From the sequence record SRR20825006_962: a DNA stretch of 47,693 nt; one strand, given 5' to 3'. How positions within the stretch are numbered: the first letter of the stretch is position 1; each line of letters begins with the position of its first letter. A model generated the notes under the pieces. The model did not search any database. It was not told the origin of the DNA and worked only from the letters and a program-made list of their open reading frames with translations. Below are positions 1-8,654 of this stretch, in pieces. The translations under genes and the position numbers were made by a program.

Positions 1-483
1 GTGCACATGATCGAGACGATCAACAAGCTCGTTCGTACTGGCCGCCAGATGCTGCACGAAATTGGTCGCGAAGCTACGCCGGAAGAATTGGCGGAACGCC
101 TGTCCATGCCGCTTGAAAAAGTGCGCAAGGTCATGAAGATCGCAAAAGAGCCGATCTCTCTTGAAACGCCAATCGGCGACGAGGAAGACAGCCATCTTGG
201 TGACTTCATTGAAGACAAAAACGCGATCCTGCCGGTGGATGCCGCGATCCAGAGCAACCTTCGTGAGACCACAACCCGCGTGCTGGCAAGCCTGACGCCG
301 CGCGAGGAACGTGTGCTTCGCATGCGCTTTGGTATCGGTATGAACACAGACCACACGCTCGAAGAAGTTGGTCAGCAGTTCTCGGTAACGCGGGAGCGGA
401 TCAGGCAGATCGAAGCCAAGGCGCTGAGGAAACTCAAGCACCCAAGCCGGTCACGCCAGCTCAGAAGCTTCCTCGATACCTAG
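1..483 (+). CDS. rpoD: RNA polymerase primary sigma factor RpoD, C-terminal part (runs off the window's 5' end)
   Basis: Regions 3-4 of sigma70: [61 protein letters not shown]. Confidence 0.98.
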   Translation: MHMIETINKLVRTGRQMLHEIGREATPEELAERLSMPLEKVRKVMKIAKEPISLETPIGDEEDSHLGDFIEDKNAILPVDAAIQSNLRETTTRVLASLTPREERVLRMRFGIGMNTDHTLEEVGQQFSVTRERIRQIEAKALRKLKHPSRSRQLRSFLDT

Positions 484-491
484 GGGCGCGG

Positions 492-1415
492 GTGAGAGCT
501 TTAGACAATAAAACAAGGGGTAGCCTTTACTGGCTGCCCCTTTTTGTCATCGGGGCTTTTCTCGCAACCAAAGTGGCTGCAGCAGAATATTTTACCAGCA
601 CAGACACCCAAGGGCGACGGCTGGTGGACGTGCAGGTTGATCACCATGGCAACTTCCCTTTCTTGATCGACACGGCGGCGAGCCATACCGTGTTTTATTA
701 CCGCCTGGTTGACGAAGTGGGGCTGGAGGCTGTGCCTCGCCGCTCGGCTGACGTGATTACGGCAACAGGCCAGCGGCCCATGCGTCTATTTAAGGTCGGG
801 CGTATTGCCACGCTCGGCGCTGTGCTGGAGCTCGAACACACAATTGCGATGCCAGATCAACGTGGGCCCAACACACCATACGGCATTGTTGGGGTTGATA
901 TGATGCGGGGGCGGGTTCTTGTGCTTGGCCCTGAGGGTGCACAGCTTTTTGAAAGCACAGCAGCATTTGAAGAAGGACAGGTGAAGGATATCGTTTGGCA
1001 GCAGGTGGCCGGGCGTGCAGTGGGGCGCGGCTCGGTTGCGGTAGATGTCAGCATTGGTGGACACATCATCCCAGCCGTTGTTGATACAGGCGCCGGGGCG
1101 ACAGTGATCAACCTCGCGGCAGCCGACATGATTCGCGCAGCGCAAGCCAGCGACGTTGAGTTTCGCTCAACCACCATTTCGGCCGCCGGTGGCCGTGTGC
1201 GGGCGGAAAACGTCCACATAGGCCGTATGTCGATTGGTGGCGTGAACCTTGGCTCCAAGGATATCCTTGCGGCTAATTTGCCGGTGTTCAGCACTTATGT
1301 GCCTTATACCGTACCCGCGATGATCCTCGGCGCCGATGTCTTGCTTAGCCAACCTGTCGCTATCGATTTTGACAGTTGGGCGATCTATCTGGGTACGCCT
1401 GCGAAAGCCGAATAG
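492..1415 (+). CDS. Secreted two-domain retropepsin-like aspartyl protease
   Basis: N-terminal signal-like hydrophobic stretch. Two catalytic motifs (FLIDTAAS, VVDTGAG), each followed by a G-[IV]-[VL]-G-x-D-like motif (GIVGVD, MILGAD). Confidence 0.85.
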   Translation: MRALDNKTRGSLYWLPLFVIGAFLATKVAAAEYFTSTDTQGRRLVDVQVDHHGNFPFLIDTAASHTVFYYRLVDEVGLEAVPRRSADVITATGQRPMRLFKVGRIATLGAVLELEHTIAMPDQRGPNTPYGIVGVDMMRGRVLVLGPEGAQLFESTAAFEEGQVKDIVWQQVAGRAVGRGSVAVDVSIGGHIIPAVVDTGAGATVINLAAADMIRAAQASDVEFRSTTISAAGGRVRAENVHIGRMSIGGVNLGSKDILAANLPVFSTYVPYTVPAMILGADVLLSQPVAIDFDSWAIYLGTPAKAE

Positions 1416-1420
1416 ATAGC

Positions 1421-1447
1421 AAAAGGCCCGACACTCGGCCGGGCCCT
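1421..1447. terminator. Hairpin between convergent genes, probable terminator
   Basis: AAAA-GGCCCG...CGGGCC; U-tract on the minus strand downstream of the flagellin. Confidence 0.55.
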
Positions 1448-1473
1448 CTATGAATTTCATTCAAATACTCAGC

Positions 1474-2304
1474 CTAGCTTTGAAACAAACCAAGGATCGC
1501 GGCAGGTTGCTGGTTGGCGATGGAGAGGCTTTGGATGCCAAGCGCCTGCTTCACCTGGCTGGCTTGAAGGTTGGCGCTTGAGGAAGCCAGATTAGCGTCC
1601 ACAAGGTTGCCGATGCCCACTTCCGTGGTGTTGCTCAGTGCTTCAGTAAAATCTTTGGTTTGCTGCAACTGCCGAGCACCAGATCCCAGTTGAGAGAGGA
1701 CGCTTGTGAGATTACCGAGGGAATCGTCAATCGCTGCAACAGCAGCTTGAGCGTCAGCGGCGGAGGCAATGCTTTGGCCTTCCGTGAGCGTGATATTACC
1801 GCCGCTCAGTGACAGGTCTTGCGCATCAATGGTGATGTTGCCATCACCCTCTGCACCAGTGATTGCGACGATATCGTCGCCACCCGCTTTGATGGCGTTG
1901 GTGCCGTTGAATTCTGCGGTCCCCACAATGCTGGTGATCTGGTCCTTGATCGCAGCAAAATCCTGATTGAGCGCACTGCGGCTCGCGTCGTCAAGGCCGG
2001 GGTCTGCGGCTTGAACCGCCTTCTCTTTTGCTTGCAACAGCAGGTCTGAGATCGAGCTGCTTGCCGCAAGCGCCACATCTGTGGTTGAGATAGCACGATC
2101 GAGCGAGTTTTTAACGCTGCCAAGCCCCGCAACATCGCTTTCAAGAAGCTGAGAGATCGCGAGAATAGCAGCGTTGTCTTTCACGCTGTTTACGTCTTTA
2201 CCGGTGGCAATCTCCTTCTGGGTGTTGCCCAGCGTGGAGTTTGTTTTCTGCAATGAACGAACGCCCAGCAAACTGCTGGCGTTTGTATTAATCGAATCTA
2301 CCAT
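1474..2304 (-). CDS. Short flagellin (start taken at MVDSINTN; the ORF extends to 2316)
   Basis: Flagellin N-terminus SINTN...IATGKDVNSVKDNAA, AEFNGTN, and C-terminus GNLVDANLA...QVKQALGIQSLSIANQQP. Confidence 0.92.
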   Translation of the reverse strand: MVDSINTNASSLLGVRSLQKTNSTLGNTQKEIATGKDVNSVKDNAAILAISQLLESDVAGLGSVKNSLDRAISTTDVALAASSSISDLLLQAKEKAVQAADPGLDDASRSALNQDFAAIKDQITSIVGTAEFNGTNAIKAGGDDIVAITGAEGDGNITIDAQDLSLSGGNITLTEGQSIASAADAQAAVAAIDDSLGNLTSVLSQLGSGARQLQQTKDFTEALSNTTEVGIGNLVDANLASSSANLQASQVKQALGIQSLSIANQQPAAILGLFQS

Positions 2305-2400
2305 TTTCAGCACCACTTAGCGGTTTCGCAGTCCCCACCGCAAAACCTGTTACCCAAGTGGTATTATGGCAGATATGAGCGTAAAAATGAAGAGATCGTT

Positions 2401-2431
2401 AAAATTGTGCGGGCCAGCCAGACCCGCACAA
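2401..2431 (-). terminator. Rho-independent terminator of the aminopeptidase gene
   Basis: TTGTGCGGG / CCCGCACAA stem followed by a T-run on the minus strand. Confidence 0.65.
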
Positions 2432-2456
2432 CCAAACTTGCAAACCCAGCGTCGAG

Positions 2457-3893
2457 TTATCGGCTATAGCTCAGAAAGGCTGCAACGCCATCTTTGAGCG
2501 CAAGCACATCCATCTTGTCGCTCACCGCATAGGGTGTGTGGATGGAAAGCACAGGCACGCCAAAATCGATTGTATCGATATTATAGTGCGCAAGCTCTGA
2601 CCCGAGCGTGCCGCCGCCTGCGCGGCCCACTTTATAGGTGGTGGTTTGCCATGCCACCTTACGCTCATCAAGCGCCGCCCGTGTCCAGGCGATAAACTCG
2701 CTGTTTGCGTTGAATCCACGCCCGTAAAGCTTGATGTTTACACCAAAGCCGAGCCGGGGGGCGTTTGTAAGCTCCCACGCACCGGGGTTCATGGGGTTCA
2801 CACCCGGGTTCACATCAATCGACAAAGCCTTGGAGGCTGTAAGCGCACGAGTAAGCATGGGGTGACGATAGTCAGAGCCTTTTTCTGCATAGAGCAGCTC
2901 ACCAACAAAGTCGGTCAGGAAGGTTGACGATGCGCCGGTCACGTTCACGTTGCCGCTTTCTTCATTATCAGCAAAATGAATGAGGGCGGTGTTTGGCGGG
3001 GTGCCCATTTCAGCCGCAGCTTTCAGGCTCGCAAAAGCGCCAAGCCGGTCATCCTGCCCGTAGGCTGCCAGCAGGCGGCGATCAAACCCCACATCACGCG
3101 GCGCGAGTGCTGGCACGAGCGAGAGCTCGGCCGAGACAAGGTCTGCCGCTTCCACATTGTAGGTTGCTTTCAAATGCTCAAACACCCATTCAGCTACAGG
3201 TGTTTTGCCGTGTGGGCCAGAGGCTGCGAGCGGATCAAGATCTTCATGCGCAACCACTTCGCTCGCGCTTCTTTTCATCTGGTCACGCGCTGTGTGCGGT
3301 GAAAGGTCAGGAATAATGAAGATGGGGTCATCAGCCTTGAGGCCAAGGGATACTTCAACAACGCTGCCATCCTTGCGGTCGATCCGGCCAACAAGGGCAA
3401 GCGGGATATTGGTCCATTGGTAGGTTTTGATGCCACCATGGTAGTTGGTTTGAAACAGTGCAAAGCCTTGCGCGTTATCAATCGGGCGGCCTTTCAACTC
3501 CAGCCGGGGGCTGTCGATATGGCTGGCCACAATACGCACACCCTTTGATACAGGCTCCCGGCCCCCAACAATAAGGGTGAAAGCGCGGCCACGGTTGTGC
3601 ACATAGTAGCGGTCTCCCGCTTTGATGCGCTGGTCTTGTTTCCATTCTTTGAAACCAAGGCGTTCCACCTGCTGCTGGATGGTGGAAACTGTCAAAAGCT
3701 CGGTGCGGGCTTCGCTCAGGAAACGGGCATATTCGTCAGCCAGGTCCATTGCGGTTTTTGCCGTCGCGTCGCTGGCGTCTTTCCAGGCGCTATCGCATGT
3801 GCCTTGGGCACAAGGTGCCGCCACTGAGGGCAGGGTCGGGATAAGGCAGGCAGCAGCCAAAAACGCTGCGCCAAGGGTAGGGCGGATGGTCAC
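2457..3893 (-). CDS. M18-family (aspartyl/aminopeptidase I-like) metalloaminopeptidase with signal peptide
   Basis: SHIDSPRL, YHGGIK, GQDDR, DNEESG, GGGTLG, DFGVPVLSIHTP motifs. Confidence 0.9.
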   Translation of the reverse strand: MTIRPTLGAAFLAAACLIPTLPSVAAPCAQGTCDSAWKDASDATAKTAMDLADEYARFLSEARTELLTVSTIQQQVERLGFKEWKQDQRIKAGDRYYVHNRGRAFTLIVGGREPVSKGVRIVASHIDSPRLELKGRPIDNAQGFALFQTNYHGGIKTYQWTNIPLALVGRIDRKDGSVVEVSLGLKADDPIFIIPDLSPHTARDQMKRSASEVVAHEDLDPLAASGPHGKTPVAEWVFEHLKATYNVEAADLVSAELSLVPALAPRDVGFDRRLLAAYGQDDRLGAFASLKAAAEMGTPPNTALIHFADNEESGNVNVTGASSTFLTDFVGELLYAEKGSDYRHPMLTRALTASKALSIDVNPGVNPMNPGAWELTNAPRLGFGVNIKLYGRGFNANSEFIAWTRAALDERKVAWQTTTYKVGRAGGGTLGSELAHYNIDTIDFGVPVLSIHTPYAVSDKMDVLALKDGVAAFLSYSR

Positions 3894-4024
3894 GGATATT
3901 CCTCCTGTCGGCCAATTGTTTTAAAACTGTCTTAGAATGTCGTTCCGCCCATTGCAATCCGGTTTGGGGCAACTTATATCGAAATGATACAGGGATCGGG
4001 ATCACATCTGTGAGAGGGGAAACA

Positions 4025-4249
4025 ATGAACGAATTTGAAATGGTGCCGCTGATTGTGTTGTTCGTGATGTCGGCGGTGATCGTTATGCGCTGGATCAGCG
4101 CCAAGGAACGGATTGCAAAATCACGCGGTATGAATGAGGCGGCGGACGCGCGCATCAAGGCGCTTGAGGAGCGGGTTCGGGTGCTCGAGCGTATCGCAAC
4201 AGACAAACGCACCAAGCTGCGTGATGAGATCGACGCACTTTCAGACTAA
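4025..4249 (+). CDS. PspB-like small membrane/coiled-coil envelope-stress protein, copy 1
   Basis: One TM helix plus LEERVRVLERIATD...LRDEIDAL; RBS GAGGGG. Confidence 0.65.
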   Translation: MNEFEMVPLIVLFVMSAVIVMRWISAKERIAKSRGMNEAADARIKALEERVRVLERIATDKRTKLRDEIDALSD

Positions 4250-4337
4250 ACCAACAAAACCACTTTGGGCACATAAAAACCAAGCCCGAACGGGCGGTAA
4301 TGCCCAAGCACCATAACGCGAGGACAGGAGCAGGCCG

Positions 4338-4562
4338 ATGGAAGGCAAAACATTTGTACTGTTGATTATATTCGGAACCTTTGCCTTTGCAGGCATTTCC
4401 CAGTGGCTTAAGGCCAAGACAGACGCACTTAAACATGCGGCAAAATCGGGCGATGATGAGCTTAAAGTCCATGTGCGGGCGCTCGAGGAGCGGGTGCGGG
4501 TGTTAGAGCGCATCGTCACTGACAAGAAAAACCGCCTTAAGGAAGAAATAGACGCACTTTGA
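4338..4562 (+). CDS. PspB-like small membrane/coiled-coil protein, copy 2
   Basis: One TM helix plus LEERVRVLERIVTD...LKEEIDAL; RBS AGGAG. Confidence 0.65.
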   Translation: MEGKTFVLLIIFGTFAFAGISQWLKAKTDALKHAAKSGDDELKVHVRALEERVRVLERIVTDKKNRLKEEIDAL

Positions 4563-4572
4563 GTGGCTCAAA

Positions 4573-4591
4573 GGGGCGCCTAGAGCGCCCC
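4573..4591. terminator. GC hairpin after the PspB-like genes
   Basis: GGGGCGC-CTAGA-GCGCCCC. Confidence 0.45.
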
Positions 4592-4669
4592 AACTCGGCT
4601 AATAATGCGAAGGGGCATTTTTCCACTACCCAAGCCAAGCTTCATTTGCTACACGAAGCCCCGTGGTTG

Positions 4670-4691
4670 GGGCCTGTAGCTCAGCTGGTTA
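4670..4691 (+). pseudogene. 5' stub of a tRNA-Ile-type gene (acceptor 5' strand and D-arm up to the D-loop); left junction of the island
   Basis: GGGCCTGTAGCTCAGCTGGTTA is a canonical tRNA-Ile 5' end. The expected GAGC continuation is replaced by AGGCTAG, and composition shifts towards AT after it. Confidence 0.8.
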
Positions 4692-4770
4692 AGGCTAGTT
4701 TACATCCCACCATATATACCTATTCAACCTAATTCCTTGATTTCGAAAGAGATCATGAATAGGTATATGT
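4692..4770. promoter_or_regulatory. att-like segment: 13-bp inverted arms flanking an IHF consensus
   Basis: ATATACCTATTCA (4714-4726) / TGAATAGGTATAT (4756-4768). 4730-4742 reads AATCAAGGAATTA on the minus strand, matching WATCAANNNNTTR. Confidence 0.6.
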
Positions 4771-4782
4771 CGCATTTCTTTC

Positions 4783-4859
4783 GGGCCGGTAGCATAATTG
4801 GTTAATGCAGAGCGCTCATAACGCTTGGATTGGGGGTTCGAGTCCCTCCCGGCCTACCA
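4783..4859 (+). tRNA. tRNA with CAT anticodon, most likely tRNA-Ile2 (lysidine-modified)
   Basis: Full cloverleaf: acceptor GGGCCGG/CCGGCCT, D-stem GCAT/ATGC, anticodon stem GAGCG/CGCTT with CAT at 4817-4819, T-loop TTCGAGT, ACCA end. C4-G69 and C5-G68 fit Ile2; no fMet hallmarks. Confidence 0.9.
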
Positions 4860-4869
4860 AAAAATCAGG

Positions 4870-4919
4870 ACCCGAGAGACACAGCCTTCTGGCTTGCTAG
4901 AAGGCTGTGTCTCTCGGGT
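4870..4919. terminator. 21-bp perfect inverted repeat between the convergent tRNA and gmtX-like gene
   Basis: ACCCGAGAGACACAGCCTTCT / AGAAGGCTGTGTCTCTCGGGT. Confidence 0.7.
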
Positions 4920-4930
4920 AGGCTTTGTTG

Positions 4931-5671
4931 CTACTTATTTCCGAGTAGAGCGCAAATCTTCTGTATGGCGAATTCAAAAGCAACGCCAGATACTATAGCG
5001 ACTTTAGGGTTTGGGCTTATCTGTAGCCGACCTTCTTTTGTGAAAGAAATGCCGCGACGTTTCATCCTTCCAGAATCTAAAAAATCGTTGAGGGCTTCTA
5101 TTTCGGCTACATCAAATACGGACAGATCCGTAGCAGGTGGGGTGGATTCTGAATTTTGTGACCTTGATTGTCCTGGGCGTGACCGGAGAGACACAACGGG
5201 TAGGTTGGAGATTTCTCTAGTCATTCTTAGTTGGTTTTCGAGGTTCCTGTAGTTCTCGTTTAAATAAGCGATTTTGTGTCGTAGGACCCTGTCTTGGATC
5301 GAGCAGAGTTCAGAGTGTGAGATGAGGCCTATCGGTTCTACCGGGGTTGAATCTTCAGGCGTGCGCTTGCGGATATCGAATACAAGGATCCATGCATCCA
5401 ACAGTTCTCGGTATGCGAGAAACCTCTCTTGTCGGCGGTCGTAGAAGGATCTTTGGGCGATAGCGCAATCAGGATGATGCGTCGCTATCCACTTCCTGAC
5501 ACCAGCCACAGTAGGTGTGCCTCCTGCGTCCACTATGGAGGCGCACGCTCTATGCACAGCGGTGAGTTTTTTATGAGTATCAATTCTGGAGCTTTTGAGC
5601 AGCCGCTGGAATTTTTCTTCCACATGTCGAAGCTGCGCGCTCATATCAGGTGATGGCATTTTTCGGTCCAT
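4931..5671 (-). CDS. gmtX: Gamma-Mobile-Trio GmtX-like protein
   Basis: Third gene of the overlapping trio; N-terminal helical region and coiled coil (LRHKIAYLNENYRNLENQLRM). The call rests mainly on synteny. Confidence 0.6.
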   Translation of the reverse strand: MDRKMPSPDMSAQLRHVEEKFQRLLKSSRIDTHKKLTAVHRACASIVDAGGTPTVAGVRKWIATHHPDCAIAQRSFYDRRQERFLAYRELLDAWILVFDIRKRTPEDSTPVEPIGLISHSELCSIQDRVLRHKIAYLNENYRNLENQLRMTREISNLPVVSLRSRPGQSRSQNSESTPPATDLSVFDVAEIEALNDFLDSGRMKRRGISFTKEGRLQISPNPKVAIVSGVAFEFAIQKICALLGNK

Positions 5672-8654
5672 GACTATTCGAAGTCTGTTGAGCGATTGTG
5701 ATGTTTTGGTGTGCCGCCAGAAGTGAACCTATTTCCAGATCAAGACCTAGGTCTTCTAGTGTAACCGTGCGGTGTGCAAGCCGTTCGCATTCGACTGCTC
5801 CTACGTTGATCAGAAGATATTTGGCGAGTGCATCAGCGGCTCGCTGTTTGGTAGCGGTGTCTAGTGGCGCCATTGCTAGTGGTTGGAAGCTGTTGTGATA
5901 AAGAATATTGTCAATAAAGGCGTCTCGTTCTTGCTCAAGGCGTTCGTCATGAAGTATGGGGTAAAGTCTAGACCCTTGGACCACCCTATCTATTTGCTCA
6001 AACCGACTACCTTCCTCAAACCCTGCAAAGTCAATGCTTTGTGGTGAGAGTAATTGGTTTTTGGTGCTATCGTCATCGCGGCTTTCAACGTGGTTCAAAT
6101 TCAAAACTGCGGTGAAATAGCGAAATGCAGCATGTAGGTCCAACATCAATTGATCCAGCTTTCTTGGTTCAATGTCTTGGCGCGATTCCAGTACTCGAAC
6201 ACGGCGCCGCAACGCCGCAATTTCATCTGGCTGACCTTGCAGTTTATGGCTCCGATACAGTTCATTTTGAAGTTCGGTAAGGGTTTCAGTTTCTTGCTCG
6301 ATCAACCGAGCTTGATCGGATATTGCAGCCAGAAGCTGTTCGCATTTAATCCATAAAGGCAGCAGGAATGGCTCTCCGGTAACAAAATGCCTACATTGTA
6401 AACAATGACCAGCCCCTCCGGGCACAGCACCAAATATGTCTTGCCCAGATTTATCTCGTTTGAGAACTGGCCCACCATCTGAACACCTTGTGCCACCGTA
6501 CGGACAGAAACCTATACCCATGTCAGATATGAGTGCAGGCGTGGTTCTATTTTGCAGCGTGAATTCACTTGCCGCCACGGCTATACGGGAAGCCTCGTCG
6601 TGTGAGGCGTCAGCTAAAAATCGCCTTAAGTTGTCGGTGGCGTTGGCTTCAATTTTCTCTCTGGCTTCTGTAAGTAAATCGGTGATGTGGCCGGGGCGAA
6701 ACTTTAGGTAATGCAGGGTCATGAGTATGCTTGAGTGTCCAGCGACAAGTTTGCTCAATATGTCGATTGGAACGCCTGCTTCCGCAAAAGCGGTGAGGCC
6801 AGTCGTTCGTAAACCATGCATGCTGAAGATAGAGGCGATTGCAGCTCCGCCGGAATCCCGTTTCGTGACTATCTGAATATCATCGTCTTGTTGTTTTAGC
6901 CTGTTCTCCAATTCACTCATCCATGCATGAAAAAAGTTATTACACATGCCATAGGATGGTGGTGCAGTGTTCGTGTCCCTGCGGCCTTTGGCTGGTATTC
7001 GAAAAAGATAGAAGCGGGCGGGAATGCTTGCTAGTGCGGCTTCGCTCGGACGGTTCGCTCGGCTCTCAAATGTGCCACTGGGCAAATCTCTATATTCCGT
7101 TGGACCTAGAACGGTATTGTATCGCTCTTGCCAAAGTCTGAGCTCTGAGAACAGCCGAATTAGATATTCGTTCTGCCAAGGAATGATGTAGCCAGAATGT
7201 TCGTCGAATTTATTCTTTCTGTCTGTAGTCTTGTTTGTGTTTATGTAGATCGAAGCCCTAGCCTGACCGTCATATATCACTCGGTGAACTGCGCCTCTGT
7301 TCAGGACGCTGCAGGTGTAGTCATTCCTCCAATAGTTTGCGTGCGGGCCATCATTCTTAATCCATCTGTTTTGGGTGGGTAGGTAACGAAATTCGTCTCC
7401 TTCACCAGAGTCCAAGCATCTGACTTGTATCGACCGGATGGGTAGCTCCAACAGGGTAAGGAAAACAAATGTGATGCTAGGGCACCATTGGTCAATGTAA
7501 GCTTTCTTTTTTCTGTCGAAGACCCGGAACCACTGATTTTCCAGGCTCTTTGGCCATGCATAGTCGTTCTCTTCAAGTATCTTGCGTGCAAGTGTCAGAT
7601 ATTTGGTTGGTATAGGAATTGTCACCGCCTCAGAAGGTTTGGTGCTTGTGAACCGTCGGGTCGCGAGGAGTTCCTGATACTCTCGTCTTGTGACAAGAGG
7701 TTGTATCTGGTAGCTCTCACTTCCGTTTCGGCTGGCGGGAGTGGCAAAAATATCTTCGCGTAGAAAATCAACAAATCTACGCATATAGCCTACATGTTGT
7801 ACTAGTGTATTCTCAGTGCAGTTCTGAGAAAGTAGGAATTCCGGGAAACTGGGATTGGTGCGCGCCACTGATAGGAAGGTAGTCGGAAGCTGGTATACCT
7901 CGCTAGGGTATGTGGTAAGCCAATAACAGAAAAGCCTAAAGGCAGTACGGATACCTTTTGTGCACTTTATGGCGATTTGCCTTAGCCAGGCATTTAATAA
8001 GTCTAGCCATTGCTGAAGTTCCGTTGGGCAGACCTCAAAAACGTCTAGCCCCCCTGCGTGCGTGCTAAATATTTTTCCGAGACGGCGAACCTTTACCAGG
8101 GAGAGATAACCGGCTTGGTGGTTTTTTTCGTCGAGAATTTTCGCAACACCACGCAACGCGCTGATGACCATATCATGGATGCCAAGGTCTTCTCGAAAGC
8201 GCGTTCCATCTTCAATTCTGAGGGGAGAAATAAAAGCTTTCCATACGTTCAGATCAATTTCGCTTGTATGCTTAGCGGTTGTGGATAATGCGACGGCTAA
8301 CGCTGCTTTGCGAATACGACGACGTTGTATGCGATTGGCTTGTTCAAAAAGTGAGGACTTCTTAAACTCGTCAATGAGCGGGAATTCGGCTTCGAGCTTG
8401 CGCTGCAGTTGATTGGTTTGGATGCTTGGTGGCCACTCAACAGTGTACACGTATAGTGACGGGAAGAGTGCGCCGTGCTCATGATGCAGAGACTTGATCA
8501 TATTAGTAAAAACCGAACTATCCGCACCTACGCTTTTGGCATTTGCACCAATTTCCTGCAGTCGACGCACAAGTGTCCGCGGAGCGCCCGGCGCAAAGAA
8601 TTGGGGGTCTGTATTTACTCGAATATTATTCTGCCCTACCGTTTCTATCGCCAT
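5646..8654 (-). CDS. gmtZ: Large tyrosine recombinase, GmtZ/VPA1269-like
   Basis: LPIRSIQVRCLDSGEGD, YINTNKT, HGLRTTGLT, LVAGHSSILMTLHY, and Cys cluster CPYGGTRC...CLQCRHFVTG. Confidence 0.8.
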   Translation of the reverse strand: MAIETVGQNNIRVNTDPQFFAPGAPRTLVRRLQEIGANAKSVGADSSVFTNMIKSLHHEHGALFPSLYVYTVEWPPSIQTNQLQRKLEAEFPLIDEFKKSSLFEQANRIQRRRIRKAALAVALSTTAKHTSEIDLNVWKAFISPLRIEDGTRFREDLGIHDMVISALRGVAKILDEKNHQAGYLSLVKVRRLGKIFSTHAGGLDVFEVCPTELQQWLDLLNAWLRQIAIKCTKGIRTAFRLFCYWLTTYPSEVYQLPTTFLSVARTNPSFPEFLLSQNCTENTLVQHVGYMRRFVDFLREDIFATPASRNGSESYQIQPLVTRREYQELLATRRFTSTKPSEAVTIPIPTKYLTLARKILEENDYAWPKSLENQWFRVFDRKKKAYIDQWCPSITFVFLTLLELPIRSIQVRCLDSGEGDEFRYLPTQNRWIKNDGPHANYWRNDYTCSVLNRGAVHRVIYDGQARASIYINTNKTTDRKNKFDEHSGYIIPWQNEYLIRLFSELRLWQERYNTVLGPTEYRDLPSGTFESRANRPSEAALASIPARFYLFRIPAKGRRDTNTAPPSYGMCNNFFHAWMSELENRLKQQDDDIQIVTKRDSGGAAIASIFSMHGLRTTGLTAFAEAGVPIDILSKLVAGHSSILMTLHYLKFRPGHITDLLTEAREKIEANATDNLRRFLADASHDEASRIAVAASEFTLQNRTTPALISDMGIGFCPYGGTRCSDGGPVLKRDKSGQDIFGAVPGGAGHCLQCRHFVTGEPFLLPLWIKCEQLLAAISDQARLIEQETETLTELQNELYRSHKLQGQPDEIAALRRRVRVLESRQDIEPRKLDQLMLDLHAAFRYFTAVLNLNHVESRDDDSTKNQLLSPQSIDFAGFEEGSRFEQIDRVVQGSRLYPILHDERLEQERDAFIDNILYHNSFQPLAMAPLDTATKQRAADALAKYLLINVGAVECERLAHRTVTLEDLGLDLEIGSLLAAHQNITIAQQTSNSHGPKNAIT

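Noticed and set aside
4670-4859. A single intron-containing tRNA, or an initiator tRNA-fMet
   Set aside because: The downstream gene is complete by itself and its 3' half does not pair with the stub. It lacks the C1:A72 mismatch and the GGG/CCC anticodon stem of fMet.
4830-5252. 140-aa plus-strand ORF
   Set aside because: Overlaps the tRNA, the hairpin and the antisense strand of the gmtX-like gene; no motif.
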